From contig CBDDEL010000009.1 in assembly GCA_965226885.1 (NCBI GenBank), forward strand, positions 64,001-128,000: a DNA stretch of 64,000 bases, given 5' to 3'. Both the position numbers and the translations under genes were made by a program. Under the pieces are notes generated by a model. That model searched no databases, was not told the origin of the DNA, and saw only the letters and a list, made by a program, of their open reading frames with translations. This document shows, one piece after another, positions 44,246 through 56,036 of this stretch (position 1 is the stretch's first letter; each line of letters begins with the position of its first letter). Source of the DNA: Opitutales bacterium (lineage in GTDB: Bacteria > Verrucomicrobiota > Verrucomicrobiia > Opitutales > UBA2987).

Positions 44246-46081
44246 ATGAAACAATCCAATCTTAACCGCCGCGATTTCATCAAGACCTCCGTCGCCGGAG
44301 CCATCCTCGCCACCACCCCGGGAGCCCACAGCATAGCGCAGGAGACCGCGCCAACATCTGCCGGGAGTAGGGGAGGCAAGAAGCACACCCTCGATTTTAA
44401 CAGGGAAGGGACCCTCATCCGGTCGGACATGTCACAATGCACCCCCAAGGGAAATTATTCCCACAACTTCGAGAAAGACCGCTGGTCCCTCATCGACTTT
44501 GAGACCACCGAAGGCGTCAAAGGATACATGGCCTCGGCCCGGCCCGACAACACTTGCGGCGCATTGACCCTCCCGCTCGACGCGCAAGGGCTTTACAAAA
44601 TCTACCTCGGCATACACGCCACCAAATCCCACTTCCGCGGACGGTCCTCCTACGGCCAGCTCCAGGTGAAACTGTCCGACGACCCCGGCTACCGCAGGGT
44701 CGGCCCCGAAGACGAAACCGTGGATGAAGACGGCACCACCAAGTTCGGCGAGGACAGCCCCAGCCTCGATAAAGTAATCACCGAAGCCTACTGGAAAACC
44801 GCCGACCTCACCGGCCAGTCCCTCACCATCAGCCAGATGCCCGATCCCTACAACCGGCCCGAGCACGCCAGGATGTCAAACCTCTCCTACGTAAGATTGA
44901 TCCCCCTGAACGAAGAGGAGAAACGCCAGTGGCGCGAGATTCAACCCACTGAAAAGACCCGCAACCTCGCCTTGATCTTTTGCACCGGTCAATACACCGG
45001 TCACACCCGGGGCACCTACAACTTTCACCCCACCGCCAAAAATTGGTGCACGGACGAGTTTACGCCCTTCGCCGATTCCGACATCGGCATCCTCATCTTC
45101 GAAGCCCTCAGAGGCAGTTCCTGTGTTTACAAAACAAACATCGGCAGCTTGGGAACCAAAGACCAAACCTGGCAGGATGACTGGGTGGACCCCCTGGTGG
45201 AGCTTACGAAGCTCGCCCACGACAACGGCATGAAAATATTCGCCAGCATGCGCTTCATCGGAGTCCAGTTCCCCATGAACCGCTCGCCCATCGCCTGGGC
45301 CGTCAACTACTGGAAACATCGCGAATGGACCATGCGCACCAAGGAAGGTATGCCCATCACCAACCTGAGCATTGCCTATCCCGTAGTCCGCCAGTATTGG
45401 CTCAGCCTCCTGCGCGAAACCCTCGACTACGGCACCGACGGAGTCCAGCTCCACCTCAACCGCTCCGAACCCTACGTATTCTACGAAGAGCCCGTCGTGC
45501 GCGCCTTTCAGGAAAAATACGGCGAAGACCCCCGCCAACTCGACCACGAAGACCCCCGCTGGATCGCTCACTCCGCCAGTTATATGACCCAGTTTCTTCG
45601 CGAGATTCGCGCCCTGGTCGATGAAAAACCCGGCCGGAACCTCAGCATCACCCTCTCCGGTCGCGCAAACGGCCGGGAAGCGCACTACGAAGAGAACCAT
45701 TGCGACGTCGAAACCTGGTTGCGCGAAGACCTCGTCAACTACCTCATGATCACGCCCTACCTGCATCCCGATCTCCTCAAAAAATGGCGCAGGATCGGCG
45801 GGGACAACGTCCACATCTGGCCCGACCTCATGCCACGCGCGCAATCCGCCGCCAGCTTCGCCCGGCTCGCCAAGTCATACTACGAAGCCGGGGCCGACGG
45901 CCTTACCTTATGGGACGGCGAACGCCGCACCGCCAGGATCAGCGAGTGGTCCGGGGTGCAGAGGCTCGGCCACAAAGACCAACTCGACCGCCTCGCCCAG
46001 GAAGGCCCCTCCTATTACAGATGGGCCCACCTCAAGTACCTCGGCGGCTTCGATGTAAAGTGGTCCTTCAAGGATGGTTGA
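44246..46081 (+). CDS. Tat-exported putative glycoside hydrolase (GHL10-like TIM barrel)
   Basis: NRRDFIK twin-arginine signal; AHDNGMKIFASMR, YGTDGVQL and GADGLTLWD motifs. Confidence 0.65.
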   Translation: MKQSNLNRRDFIKTSVAGAILATTPGAHSIAQETAPTSAGSRGGKKHTLDFNREGTLIRSDMSQCTPKGNYSHNFEKDRWSLIDFETTEGVKGYMASARPDNTCGALTLPLDAQGLYKIYLGIHATKSHFRGRSSYGQLQVKLSDDPGYRRVGPEDETVDEDGTTKFGEDSPSLDKVITEAYWKTADLTGQSLTISQMPDPYNRPEHARMSNLSYVRLIPLNEEEKRQWREIQPTEKTRNLALIFCTGQYTGHTRGTYNFHPTAKNWCTDEFTPFADSDIGILIFEALRGSSCVYKTNIGSLGTKDQTWQDDWVDPLVELTKLAHDNGMKIFASMRFIGVQFPMNRSPIAWAVNYWKHREWTMRTKEGMPITNLSIAYPVVRQYWLSLLRETLDYGTDGVQLHLNRSEPYVFYEEPVVRAFQEKYGEDPRQLDHEDPRWIAHSASYMTQFLREIRALVDEKPGRNLSITLSGRANGREAHYEENHCDVETWLREDLVNYLMITPYLHPDLLKKWRRIGGDNVHIWPDLMPRAQSAASFARLAKSYYEAGADGLTLWDGERRTARISEWSGVQRLGHKDQLDRLAQEGPSYYRWAHLKYLGGFDVKWSFKDG

Positions 46082-46107
46082 GGGAGAAGTTCCTGAGGTA
46101 GAGAATT

Positions 46108-48268
46108 TCAGTTATCCATCATGAACTGCAAAGCATAGAGTTTGGCGTTTTTGAGCTGGATTTTTAACTGAATTTCTTTCCCGGCCAGGGCGGTTAGGTC
46201 GGAATTTTTATTCCAGGTAACGCGGTGGTTGATGTTGTCGGTTGTTATAGGGTCGCAGTCGTTGAGCGTATAGCCGGGAATCGACTGACCGGCTTGGTTG
46301 AGGATGGCGAGGCGGGCGATTCCTTTGGCCCCTGTATTGATATTAAGTTGAAGTTGGTTACCGGTAAAGATGAGTTGTTTGGTGACTATTTTCCCAGTAT
46401 TTTGGCCGGCGTCGAGGGAAACGAATCCGTCCAGGCGTTGTTTGAGGAGCATGAGGCGATCGTGGATGCCGCCTTCAAATTCTACGCCGCCATACATGAT
46501 GCCCCCGTGCTCGGTAAAGCGAACGGTGCCGTATTGCCAGATTTCGTTCCCACGGCGAATCATTCCATGCTCGGTCAGGGCCTCGATCACTTTGCGGCCA
46601 TTAAGTTCCCAGCCGCTGGCGAAATAGTAGGGGTTTTCATAGCGTTTCCAGTTCACGCCGTCGCGGCTGACCATGAGGAAACTGCCGGGACGGACATTAC
46701 CTTCTTTTAGAAAGCGCCATGGGAACGCCAGGTAGGTGTCGGGCGCCCATTCATATTTGTGGGCCTTGAACCGATAAACTTGCCCCCCGGTATCAACGAT
46801 GGGCAGCTCGCCCTGGGTCGGCTCGGACAGGAGCATGTCGGTATGGGGTTTTTCCGCCTGTGTGAAGGGCCACGGTTTGAGCAGGTCCGGGATGATGAGG
46901 CGGGGGCAATATTGCGACGTTGGGTGGGGCCGTCGCCGAATGGAGCCCGGATGTGCGTGCGGTAATAACCGGTTTGGTCGTCCCAAAAAGTGGTGTTGCT
47001 GCCATCGGGATCGAAGGGTAAAAGGCAGGTTTCATTGCGCCGGAAATGGATGCCGTCCGGCGAGGTGAATACATAAAATCCCCAGTACATGTTCCAGGCG
47101 ATGTATTTGTATTTTTCTTCGGGCGGAACCATTGGATTGCGGTCCTTGATGATCGCGCCCTGGCTAGAGTTCATCAGCACGATATTGTTCCTGGTCGAAC
47201 GGTCCCAGGATCTCAGGTTGAGGATCGGTTTTTCCCAATGGAGACCATCTTTCGATTTGGCAAAACAAACGACGTGATTTCGGGCGCCCCACATTCCGCT
47301 GTTGGTGTAAAGCATACGAAATTCGCCGTCCTCATCCCAAACGCTGCAAACATCAGGAATGGTCGAACCCATGCGCGGGGTGGGTTCCCACGCTTCCGTG
47401 TTGCGAAAATCGGTTTCCACGGGAACAGGGGAATTGGGCGTGAAGCGAACATTTTCCATTCTTGCAATCAAGGCATCGTCGATAAAAAGGTGTTTTCGTG
47501 AATGGAGCGGAATGGGGCCTGTAATTTGATTTTCAGGGTTAAACAGGAGGGGAGGGCCATTTGCCTTGTATATGGGTGGAGGTTGAGTTCCATAATTGCG
47601 GGAGAAACTTTCCGGCGGGGTGAACTCGCCGGAATACCTGACGATATCGGAGATGCGCATCTCATCGACCAAGGCGTTCACTTCATGGGCGATCTTGAGA
47701 GAGACGAGGCGGTTCATGGTCGGCAGAAAGCCGCCTTTTTCTGGGTGTTCTTGCAACTTGCCATCTACATAATGGCGAAGCTGGCGTTCATTTGCGGTAT
47801 AAGTAAAAGCCAGGTGATGCCACTCATTGTCGTTGAGTTTTTCGGTGTCGGTAGGAATCACTATTTCTACATCGAATTCATATTTGGTCAGCATTTTGCT
47901 CGAAAGTAGGAACTGGCTCCTTCCCGTATCTAATATGAGGGCATTGATCATTTGGGGAGCCGTACCCACCTGATCATTTCGTATCTCGAAAATGCTGCCC
48001 CACTGTAGTTGCGATCCCGCCGTCTGAAACCACAACTCGATAGACCAGTCGAGGTAACCGAGATTGAGCCGATCAGGAACTTCGTCGCCCCGGTCAAGCA
48101 GGTAAACGTTTCCGTCTCTTTGCAGACGGCTGGGCCATTCCACCTTCGCACCCCCGCCCGGCGGCGTATAGAGGCCGCGGCCAAACTTTCCTTTTACCAA
48201 CCCAACCACGCCATCAATGTGGAGAGGTTTTACCCCTTCGTTCGTCCTAACCAGCCGAAGGTCATGTT
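46108..48268 (-). pseudogene. LamG plus beta-propeller hydrolase paralogue, frameshifted and 5'-truncated by IS3
   Basis: Homologous to 41913-44222; frame change at the G5 run 46902-46906; N-terminus replaced by IS3 element A. Confidence 0.85.
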
Positions 48269-49596
48269 TGATGTGCACTGGAAAAAGTGGACACGAGATT
48301 CTCCTAAATGGAGAATCGAAGCATGGGAAGAAGACGCTTTAGTATAGAGTTCAAAAATGAGGCAGTTCAACTGATGATACTCGATGGTCTGAGCGCCACC
48401 GAGGTATCGACCAAACTTGGGGTCAACACCAACCAATTGTATAGGTGGAAGAGGCTCTATCTGGACGATCAGCAGGGCGAAGCCACCTCAAAGCGACAGA
48501 GCAGTCCGAAGGAGATGGCGGCCGAGATAGATCGTCTTCGCAAAGAGCTGCGCCGCTCGGAGCGGATCAACCAGATACTAAAAAAAACGGTGGGCTACTT
48601 TGCCAAGGACGAACAATGAAGTACCAGTTTGTCAAAGACAACGAGGGGCGCTTCAAGATCGAGGAAATATGCTCGGCGATGGGGATTTGTCGCAGTGGCT
48701 ATTACTGCTGGAGGCACCGAGCGCCCTCGGCCCGGCGGATCGAGGACGAGGGAATCAAGGGGGCGATCCTGAAGGTACACAAAGAGGCCAAGGGCCGCTA
48801 TGGGCATCGGCCAATGCACCGCCATCTGAAGGATGATGAGGGCATCGATTGCGGCCGTGACCGGGCTCTGCGTCTGATGCGTGAAATGGGAATCAAAAGC
48901 ACCCAGAGTAAACGCTTTAAGCCATTAAAAACCAACAGTAACCATCCCTATGGTTACAGCCCCAATGTGCTTAAAAAGCATGGCCAGCCGACCCATATCG
49001 ACGAGGTCTGGGTGGCGGACACGACCTACCTACGGACCCTGGCCGGTTGGATGTACTTGGCCACGGTGATGGACCTGTTCAGCCGACGCCTGCTGGGCTG
49101 GAGCGTTTCCAACCACAACGACGCGAAGCTGGTTGGCAAGGCCCTCAAAGCCGCGGCCATGACCCGCGGCACACTGCGCACCGGGATTATTCATCACAGC
49201 GATCGGGGCAGCCCCTACGCCAGCGACGACTATCAGAGGCTGGTCTCTGAACTAGGCATGAAGCCGAGCATGAGCGGCCAAGGCAACTGCTACGACAACG
49301 CGGCCATGGAATCGTTCTACGGCCGCTTCAAGACCAGCACGATTCGAGGCCGCCACTTTGCCGACGAGCGCGAACTGCGATCAACTGTCTTCGAATACGT
49401 GGAAATCTTCTACAACCGATATCGCAAACATTCCTCTCTGAGTTACCAAAGCCCAGTCCAATTCGAGGAAAATATTTGCCCCCCATGGGGGGCAACGAGA
49501 AAACAAAACCCTTTACCAAAACAAGCCGCCTGACACACTAATCAATAAACAATGAATATAAGAGAATCCCGTGTCCAACAAATCCAGTACACGTCA
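48269..49596 (+). mobile_element. IS3-family element A, copy 3 (orfA 48308-48619, orfB 48616-49533)
   Basis: Complete 1328-bp copy; SGQGN vs SAQGN variant; no target duplication. Confidence 0.95.
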
Positions 49597-49947
49597 GTAT
49601 AGTAGCCGCTTATGTGGCAAAAGACTTCAGTGGAGCCGTATTTTGGCCTCAGGATTGATGTTCCTCAGGCAGGGGAGGTGTTTGGGCGCTATGGGCCGGT
49701 GCCGACGCCGGGGTTGATGGAGCCTTATGGGTATTCCAAGGCAAAGTGTGTTTTTGACCGGAGGACATTGCTCAAGGCCTGGGCCTGGGCCTGTATGGAT
49801 GTGGGAGCCAATCCCGTTGTGCCGCCTTCGGGGGAAGGTGTTTTTTGTGATGATGGCGACGGCAAATTGACCACTGACGCCACTATAATGGGAGCCTGTC
49901 AAAATCCTCTCGTAAAAATCAGTTATTAGAGTCAGCCTTTATTCAAG

Positions 49948-52218
49948 GTGTCGCATCATAAAAGCATTAAGGATCGGGAATCCTGGCTTCCCGCGCTGGC
50001 TGATTTTTTGCTGGCCCGAGCCGACTTGGGGGCCATGCGGGTCGATCCGGCGGGTGGAAAAATCTCCATCGCTACTTTGGGGGCGATTGATGAGGAAGAA
50101 TTGCGTACCACCTTGCACGCCACTTTGCGGGCTGCGGAAAAAACCCTGATGCCCGAAAAACCTCTTAATCCGGTCTTGACGGTTGAATCCAGCCCGGAGG
50201 GCACATTGCTGAGCAAGCCATCCTGCCTGACCTCGCCGGCCCTCTGGCGCTGGCGCGAGTTCGAATGGCCGGATCGGGAGCCGGAAACGGCCGACTCCTG
50301 CTGTAGTCATGAGCATGACTGGGAAACCCTGCTCCTGCTGGCCTCAATTTGCGGTTTGTCCGCACTGGCTGGCTGGATCGTGGAAACAACAGCTCCAGGG
50401 CAAGTCTATTGGTTCCGTTCCCTTTACCTGTTGGCACTGGTAACCGGCGGATGGGATGCCGCCTTCGATGCCTTTGCGAAGATCAAAAAAAGCAAACTGG
50501 ATATCCATTTCCTGATGCTGGCGGTGGCGGTGGGCGCAATCGCCATCGGAGCTTGGTCGGAGGGGGCGTTGCTGCTTTTTCTCTTTTCCTTTTCCGGAGC
50601 CCTGGAGCATTACGCCCTCTACCGGACGCGGAAGGAAGTGGACGCTCTTTTTAAGGCGGCCCCGCGTGAGGCCACGCTCCTGTTGCCCGATGGCAGCGAG
50701 CAAATCATCCCGGTCGAGAATGTGAAACCGGGCGACCGTCTGGCCATCAAACCTGGCGATTTGTTTCCCGTCGACGCCCTGCTTCTGACTGGACAAACGG
50801 CAGCCGACGAGTCCAATCTCACGGGTGAGTCTCTGCCAGTGGAAAAAACTACAGGCGACGCCCTCTATAGCGGCACCCTCAATCTTTGGGGGGCGGTAGA
50901 GGCAACCGCCCTGCGGCCCGCGGGCGAGAGCGCCTTGCAAAAAGTCCTTCGCATGATTGAGGAAGCGCAAAACCAGAAAGCGCCCAGCCAGAGCTTTACG
51001 GATCGTTTCGGCACTCGTTACACGGTAATCATTCTTTCCCTCACCACTCTGATGTTTTTTGTCTGGTGGCTGGCCTTCGATTTACCCGCATTTATGAGCG
51101 AAGCGGGCCGCAAATCCGCCTTTTATCAAGCCATGACGCTGCTGGTCGTGGCGAGCCCGTGCGCTCTTGTATTGTCGATCCCATCAGCTATCCTTGCGGC
51201 CATTGCCTGGGGAGCGCGGCGGGGTATCCTCTTCCGGGGGGGCGCCGCCATCGAAAACCTGGCCGAAATTGATATCGTGGCTCTGGACAAAACGGGAACC
51301 CTCACCACCGGCGACATGGTGGTGGATAAAATCGAGAGTTTTCCTCCGGGCCAGGAAAATGAGACCGCCCGCTACGCTTATTCTCTCGAACGCCACTCCG
51401 ACCACCCGATAGCCCGCGCCATTGTCAAGTATGGCGAAAAGGAGAATCTGTCCTCTCTGCCTGTCAACAACGCAACCGCTTTTCCCGGCCAGGGTATGGA
51501 GGGCTTCATCGATGGTTCCAAATGCATCCTGGGGAGGCGCGAATTGCTTTGCGATGGGCCTCTGGCAGAATTTGTGGTGATAGTTTCACCGCCCGCGCTG
51601 CACTACATTGAAGTCTGGATCATCGCCCGAGATTTCCTCGGCCGGATTTTATTGCGAGACCAGGTGCGGCCGCAATCGAAGCCGTTTTTAAAAGAACTGG
51701 CGCGCCGCAAATTGAAGACCGTCATGTTGACCGGAGACCGGCGGGAAACGGCCGAAGCGGTGGCCCATGAGCTTGGCTTGCAAGAGGTGCGCTCGGGATT
51801 AACCCCCGGACAAAAGGTGGATGCGATCAATGAATTTAAAAACTCGGGCCAGCGCGTGGCCATGGTAGGCGACGGCTTGAACGACGCGCCCAGTCTGGCC
51901 TCTGCCGATGTTGCGGTGGCCATGGGTTCGCGGGGCAGCGATGCCGCATTGGAACAAAGCGATATCATCCTCATGCAGGACCGCATTGAAAGTTTTGTCG
52001 ATGCCTACCGGCTCAGCTTGGCCTCAAGGAAGGTAATTCGTCAAAATATCGTCATTGCCCTGGGTACCGTGGTAGTCATGGTGGGGGTGACATTAATCGG
52101 CGTTCTGCCTCTTTCGATGGGAGTTTTGGGCCATGAAGGCAGCACTGTGCTGGTCTGTTTCAACAGTCTCCGCCTGCTGTTCATTAAAGACACGGTTTCC
52201 CGCCACAAATCAAAATGA
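49948..52218 (+). CDS. Heavy-metal P1B-type ATPase (SPC motif, P1B-4-like)
   Basis: TGES, VASPCAL, DKTGTLT, HP, VGDGLNDAP and HEGSTV motifs. Confidence 0.93.
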   Translation: MSHHKSIKDRESWLPALADFLLARADLGAMRVDPAGGKISIATLGAIDEEELRTTLHATLRAAEKTLMPEKPLNPVLTVESSPEGTLLSKPSCLTSPALWRWREFEWPDREPETADSCCSHEHDWETLLLLASICGLSALAGWIVETTAPGQVYWFRSLYLLALVTGGWDAAFDAFAKIKKSKLDIHFLMLAVAVGAIAIGAWSEGALLLFLFSFSGALEHYALYRTRKEVDALFKAAPREATLLLPDGSEQIIPVENVKPGDRLAIKPGDLFPVDALLLTGQTAADESNLTGESLPVEKTTGDALYSGTLNLWGAVEATALRPAGESALQKVLRMIEEAQNQKAPSQSFTDRFGTRYTVIILSLTTLMFFVWWLAFDLPAFMSEAGRKSAFYQAMTLLVVASPCALVLSIPSAILAAIAWGARRGILFRGGAAIENLAEIDIVALDKTGTLTTGDMVVDKIESFPPGQENETARYAYSLERHSDHPIARAIVKYGEKENLSSLPVNNATAFPGQGMEGFIDGSKCILGRRELLCDGPLAEFVVIVSPPALHYIEVWIIARDFLGRILLRDQVRPQSKPFLKELARRKLKTVMLTGDRRETAEAVAHELGLQEVRSGLTPGQKVDAINEFKNSGQRVAMVGDGLNDAPSLASADVAVAMGSRGSDAALEQSDIILMQDRIESFVDAYRLSLASRKVIRQNIVIALGTVVVMVGVTLIGVLPLSMGVLGHEGSTVLVCFNSLRLLFIKDTVSRHKSK

Positions 52219-52304
52219 TCAAGGCCGCCAACCCGGGGGAAGATGGATTTTGTTTGAACCGCGCCGCAGAACCGCTTACCCCCTGACGGTTTAATTCTAT
52301 CCCG

Positions 52305-53573
52305 GTGAGTATTTTTTTAACATGGTGGCCGCTCTGGACAGCCTGGTTTTTACAGGGGCTTTTCGGTTGCTACAATGTCTGGGCCTACCGCAAAAAAATG
52401 AGCGCCCAGGATGAATTGATTGCTCGAAAACCGGAAAAGCCCATCCGCCCCGCCGTTGTTTTTATTCCCATCAAAGGCGTCCGCTCCAATTTCAAACCGT
52501 TTTTCGATGGGCTGCTCAATCAGGATTATTCCGATTATCATGTCGTCATAACGGTGGAAACGGAGGAAGACCCCACCTTTGCCGCCGTTTGCCGCTACCT
52601 TGGTTTTAAAAACGGTGAGCGGGTTCTGACCCATGAAAATGGTCTGCCGGACGGACCCAAAATAGCCCCCGGGCTGCGTCAGGTTCGGCTCAACGTGGCA
52701 GGTCTATCGGATCTATGCAGCCAGAAAATCCACAACCAGCTCAGCGCCATTAAATATTTTGAGGAGCGCGACCGCATCATCGCATTCGGCGATGCCGACA
52801 TCCTTATCGGCCCCGATTGGCTCACCCGGCTGCTCGGCCCCCTCAACCACGAAACCCATCCCGTTTCCACCACCTACCGCTGGCTCATCCCGGAACAACC
52901 CACTTTCTCCAATTATCTCGTTTCTGTAATCAATGGATCGGTCGGGACTCTGGGTGGGCCTGAGTGGTGCAATTTGACTTGGGGGGGCTCCTACGCATTG
53001 ACCCGCGAAGCCTACCAAACAGTCCACCTGCCCGAATCCTACAAAGGGGCCCTCAATGATGATTTGCAGATGGCCCATGTCACCCACCGGGCCGGTTTGC
53101 GAATCGGCTTTGTCCGCTCCCTCATGCGCCCGACGCCCATCGACTATAGCTGGAGCGACATGTTCTGGTTTGCCTGGCGGCAGTATTTCCAGGTGCGCAT
53201 CTATTCCCCCTACGTCTGGGCCATCTCCCTAGTTGCCACTTTCTTTTATACGTCCGCGTTCCTTATCACTTGGGGATCCCTGTTCGCTGGAAATCTATGG
53301 GCGCTCGTTCCAATCGCCAGCATTTTTGTTTTGAATCAAATCCGCGCCTCTGAACGGGTAAAAGTCATCAATTACATTTTTAAAGGCGAGGATTTGGCGC
53401 GGCTGAAACCCTTGTTCTGGCTTGATCGCTTTGCCACCGCTGGCTGGCTATTCATGCATTTCACCTTTGTCGCCACTACCGCATTTGCCACCAAAATCAC
53501 TTGGTCCGGCATCACCTACCGAGTAACCGGCAGGCAAAAAACAAAAGTCATTTCCCGCTCCACGACCTATTAA
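52305..53573 (+). CDS. Membrane glycosyltransferase, GT2/GT21-like
   Basis: IPIKG, KIHNQ, FGDADI, ALNDD and WRQ motifs; terminal transmembrane segments. Confidence 0.8.
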   Translation: MSIFLTWWPLWTAWFLQGLFGCYNVWAYRKKMSAQDELIARKPEKPIRPAVVFIPIKGVRSNFKPFFDGLLNQDYSDYHVVITVETEEDPTFAAVCRYLGFKNGERVLTHENGLPDGPKIAPGLRQVRLNVAGLSDLCSQKIHNQLSAIKYFEERDRIIAFGDADILIGPDWLTRLLGPLNHETHPVSTTYRWLIPEQPTFSNYLVSVINGSVGTLGGPEWCNLTWGGSYALTREAYQTVHLPESYKGALNDDLQMAHVTHRAGLRIGFVRSLMRPTPIDYSWSDMFWFAWRQYFQVRIYSPYVWAISLVATFFYTSAFLITWGSLFAGNLWALVPIASIFVLNQIRASERVKVINYIFKGEDLARLKPLFWLDRFATAGWLFMHFTFVATTAFATKITWSGITYRVTGRQKTKVISRSTTY

Positions 53574-53711
53574 ACCGCCCAATTTCTGCTACAAAAAGAA
53601 AACTTTTCCAAATTCCATCAAATTTTTTGGAAGAAAACCTTTCCACCCTCTCATTCGGCACTAGAATTTATCACCATACTCAATTTGCGAGCATCACAGG
53701 CGCGTGGGCCT

Positions 53712-53787
53712 GGGCCCTTAGCTCAGCGGTTAGAGCAGAGGACTCATAATCCTTTGGTCGGGGGTTCGAATCCCTCAGGGCCCACCA
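53712..53787 (+). tRNA. tRNA-Ile2 (anticodon CAU, lysidine type; Met not excluded)
   Basis: GGGCCCTTAGCTCAGCGGTTAGAGCAGAGGACTCATAATCCTTT...GGGCCCACCA; acceptor stem resembles Ile2 tRNAs. Confidence 0.88.
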
Positions 53788-53881
53788 TTGATGATCAATG
53801 GGTTACAGCATTATTGGGTTATTGATAAAATTTCACTGTCCGGGAACTGTCCGGGATTTTGACTTTTGAACCCCTTATCTA

Positions 53882-55720
53882 GAGGCTGTCCCAAAAATAT
53901 AAAGATTTTATAGTCAACTGGATGACGTTGATAAAAAGAGCCGGAAAGAGCAAGTTTTTGCTCGATCCAGCCAAAAAAGGGTTCTATAATTGAGTTAGCG
54001 AAAATCAATATAGCCCTTTCTATGAAAAACTATGAAAAATATAGCCATCCAATGCCTCCTGCGTCCAGCTTTAACTGTGGTCGACCGGTGCCTCGATTAC
54101 GATAACTTCCGCGCCACCATTGATCGAATCGATCGGCTGCTGATCGACTCGGAGGTGGAATCGCAGGCCATTGAGCTGGCCTTGGAGGGGTGGCCGCCAA
54201 TGGGTCTAAAGGCCCGGCGGCAGCGGGCCAGTTTTGCCATCAAGGCACTGCGCATGGATACGCTGGGCCGTCTGCTCGGAGGGATTTCGTCTCGGCATTT
54301 GTCGCGGGCTCTGGGCAGCAGCGATCTGTTGGCCGACTTTTGCCGTGTCCGGCAGATCGATGGCATCAGGGGCATCTCCAAAAGCACCCTGGAGCGGGCC
54401 TCGAAGTTTTTCAGCGAAGAGCAGTTGAGGGCCTTGCACCGGACCTTGACTGAGGTGGTGGGCGATGCCCTTCTGGCCCGGCAGGTGGGATTGGACAAGC
54501 CGATTGACACCACCATTTGCCTGATCGACGGCACCTGTTTGGAGGCTAACATTCATTGGCCGACGGACTGGGTATTACTCAAGGATGTAGCCGGCACGTT
54601 GCTCAAAGCGATCCGGCTGATCCGCGAGAAGGCCGGTTTGCGCCATCGCATGCCGATCGAACCGGAGCCCTTGGCTCGGCAGATGAATCGGCTGTGCATA
54701 CAGATGACCCACAGCCGGCGGCGAAAGGACAGCGCGCGGCAGCGCAAGGGTATCTTGAGGCAGATGAAAAAGCTGCTCAAACGGATCGGGGAGCATGCCC
54801 GCAGTCACCGGGAATTATTGCAAGCCTGCTGGGAGCAAGGCGATTACAGCGAAAAACAGGTCCAACAGATCCTCGCCCGGATGGAGCGCATGAGCGAGCA
54901 AATCCCGGTGGTCATCAAACAGGCGCACGAGCGGATCATTGGCGGCCGCCAGGTGAAAAACGCAGAGAAAGTCTTGAGTGTTTACGAACTCGATGGGCAG
55001 GTGATTGTGCGAGGTAAAGCGGGCCAAGAGGTCGAGTTCGGCAACACCCTGTTTTTGGGAGAAAGCGTTGAAGGGTACCTGCTGGACTGGAAACTCTACG
55101 GCAGCCGAACTCCAAGCGAAAATGAACAAATGCAAGAGAGTTTGCAAAGACAGAACCGCTTCAACCTGGAAGAACCCATAGCGGCCATGTGCGCGGACCG
55201 GGGATTTGCCTCCCAGCGGGCCCGCCGGCAGTTAGCCCAGGAGGGAATCTACGACGCGCTCTGTCCACGCGATCCGAAGCAGTTGAAAAAACGGATGGAG
55301 GAACCACTGTTCAGACAATTGCAAAAGCGCCGGGCCAGCACCGAAGGGCGGATCGGGGTATTGAAGAATCGCTGGCAGGCCGGGCGGTTGCGCAGCAAAG
55401 GCTTTGCCAACCGCTCGATCAGCGTAGCCTGGTCGGTACTCTCGCACAACCTATGGAAAGTAGCCAAGATGCTGGCCCAGCAAGACGAACTAAAAACCAA
55501 AGCGGCGGCCTAGAGAGCGGAAAAGCAAGGACAATACTTTTTCACAGCCTTACTGTCGGCTCATACAAAGAAAACCAGGCAACCGGACCCCAAAACCAGT
55601 ATCCTAACGTCATAGGAGAGCAAAGTTGATACTCTCCCAAATGCAAATACCTCTAAAATGAGCGCCTATCAAAAGCCCTCGCAAAAGCCCTCGCAAAAAT
55701 CACCCTTTTGGGACAGCCTC
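53882..55720 (+). mobile_element. IS5/ISNCY-like element, copy 3; intact transposase ORF 54032-55513
   Basis: Length 1817+10+12 owing to two tandem duplications; flanks do not match (TTATCTA / CAATTA). Confidence 0.92.
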
Positions 55721-56036
55721 CAATTAAAGGAAGAAATGAAAAATTAATCCCGCTTGTCACGCGCCGTTTCGCGGGATTAGGATCTTTCCCATGAAGTATT
55801 TTCTGGACCCTCTGTGTTGCTTTTAAAAATTTTAAATCAAGAAGAAAATATAGACGCGAATATTAACTTTTAAGATATAAAGTTCAAGATTTCTATGATA
55901 ATCCATCCCTATTTCGGAAAAAATTACAGGATTTTTACATAAAACTTAACAAAACCGGGACGGAATTCATTATTTTCCGGTATTTGTAGTGGATTTAATT
56001 CGATTTCACTATTCCGTGAAACCTGCCATGAGTCCA

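Noticed and set aside
49612..49929. 105-aa ORF with GGCCTG x3 between IS3 and the ATPase
   Set aside because: No recognisable motif; cannot be supported as a gene.
36269..55720. Composite transposon or clean inversion bounded by inverted IS copies 2 and 3
   Set aside because: Outer flanks (TTATCTA, CAATTA) are not a duplication, and flipping the inner segment does not restore matching pairs.
55745..55779. Inverted repeat TAATCCCGC...GCGGGATTA in AT-rich intergenic DNA
   Set aside because: Single 9-bp stem without a U-tract or second copy; insufficient to call.
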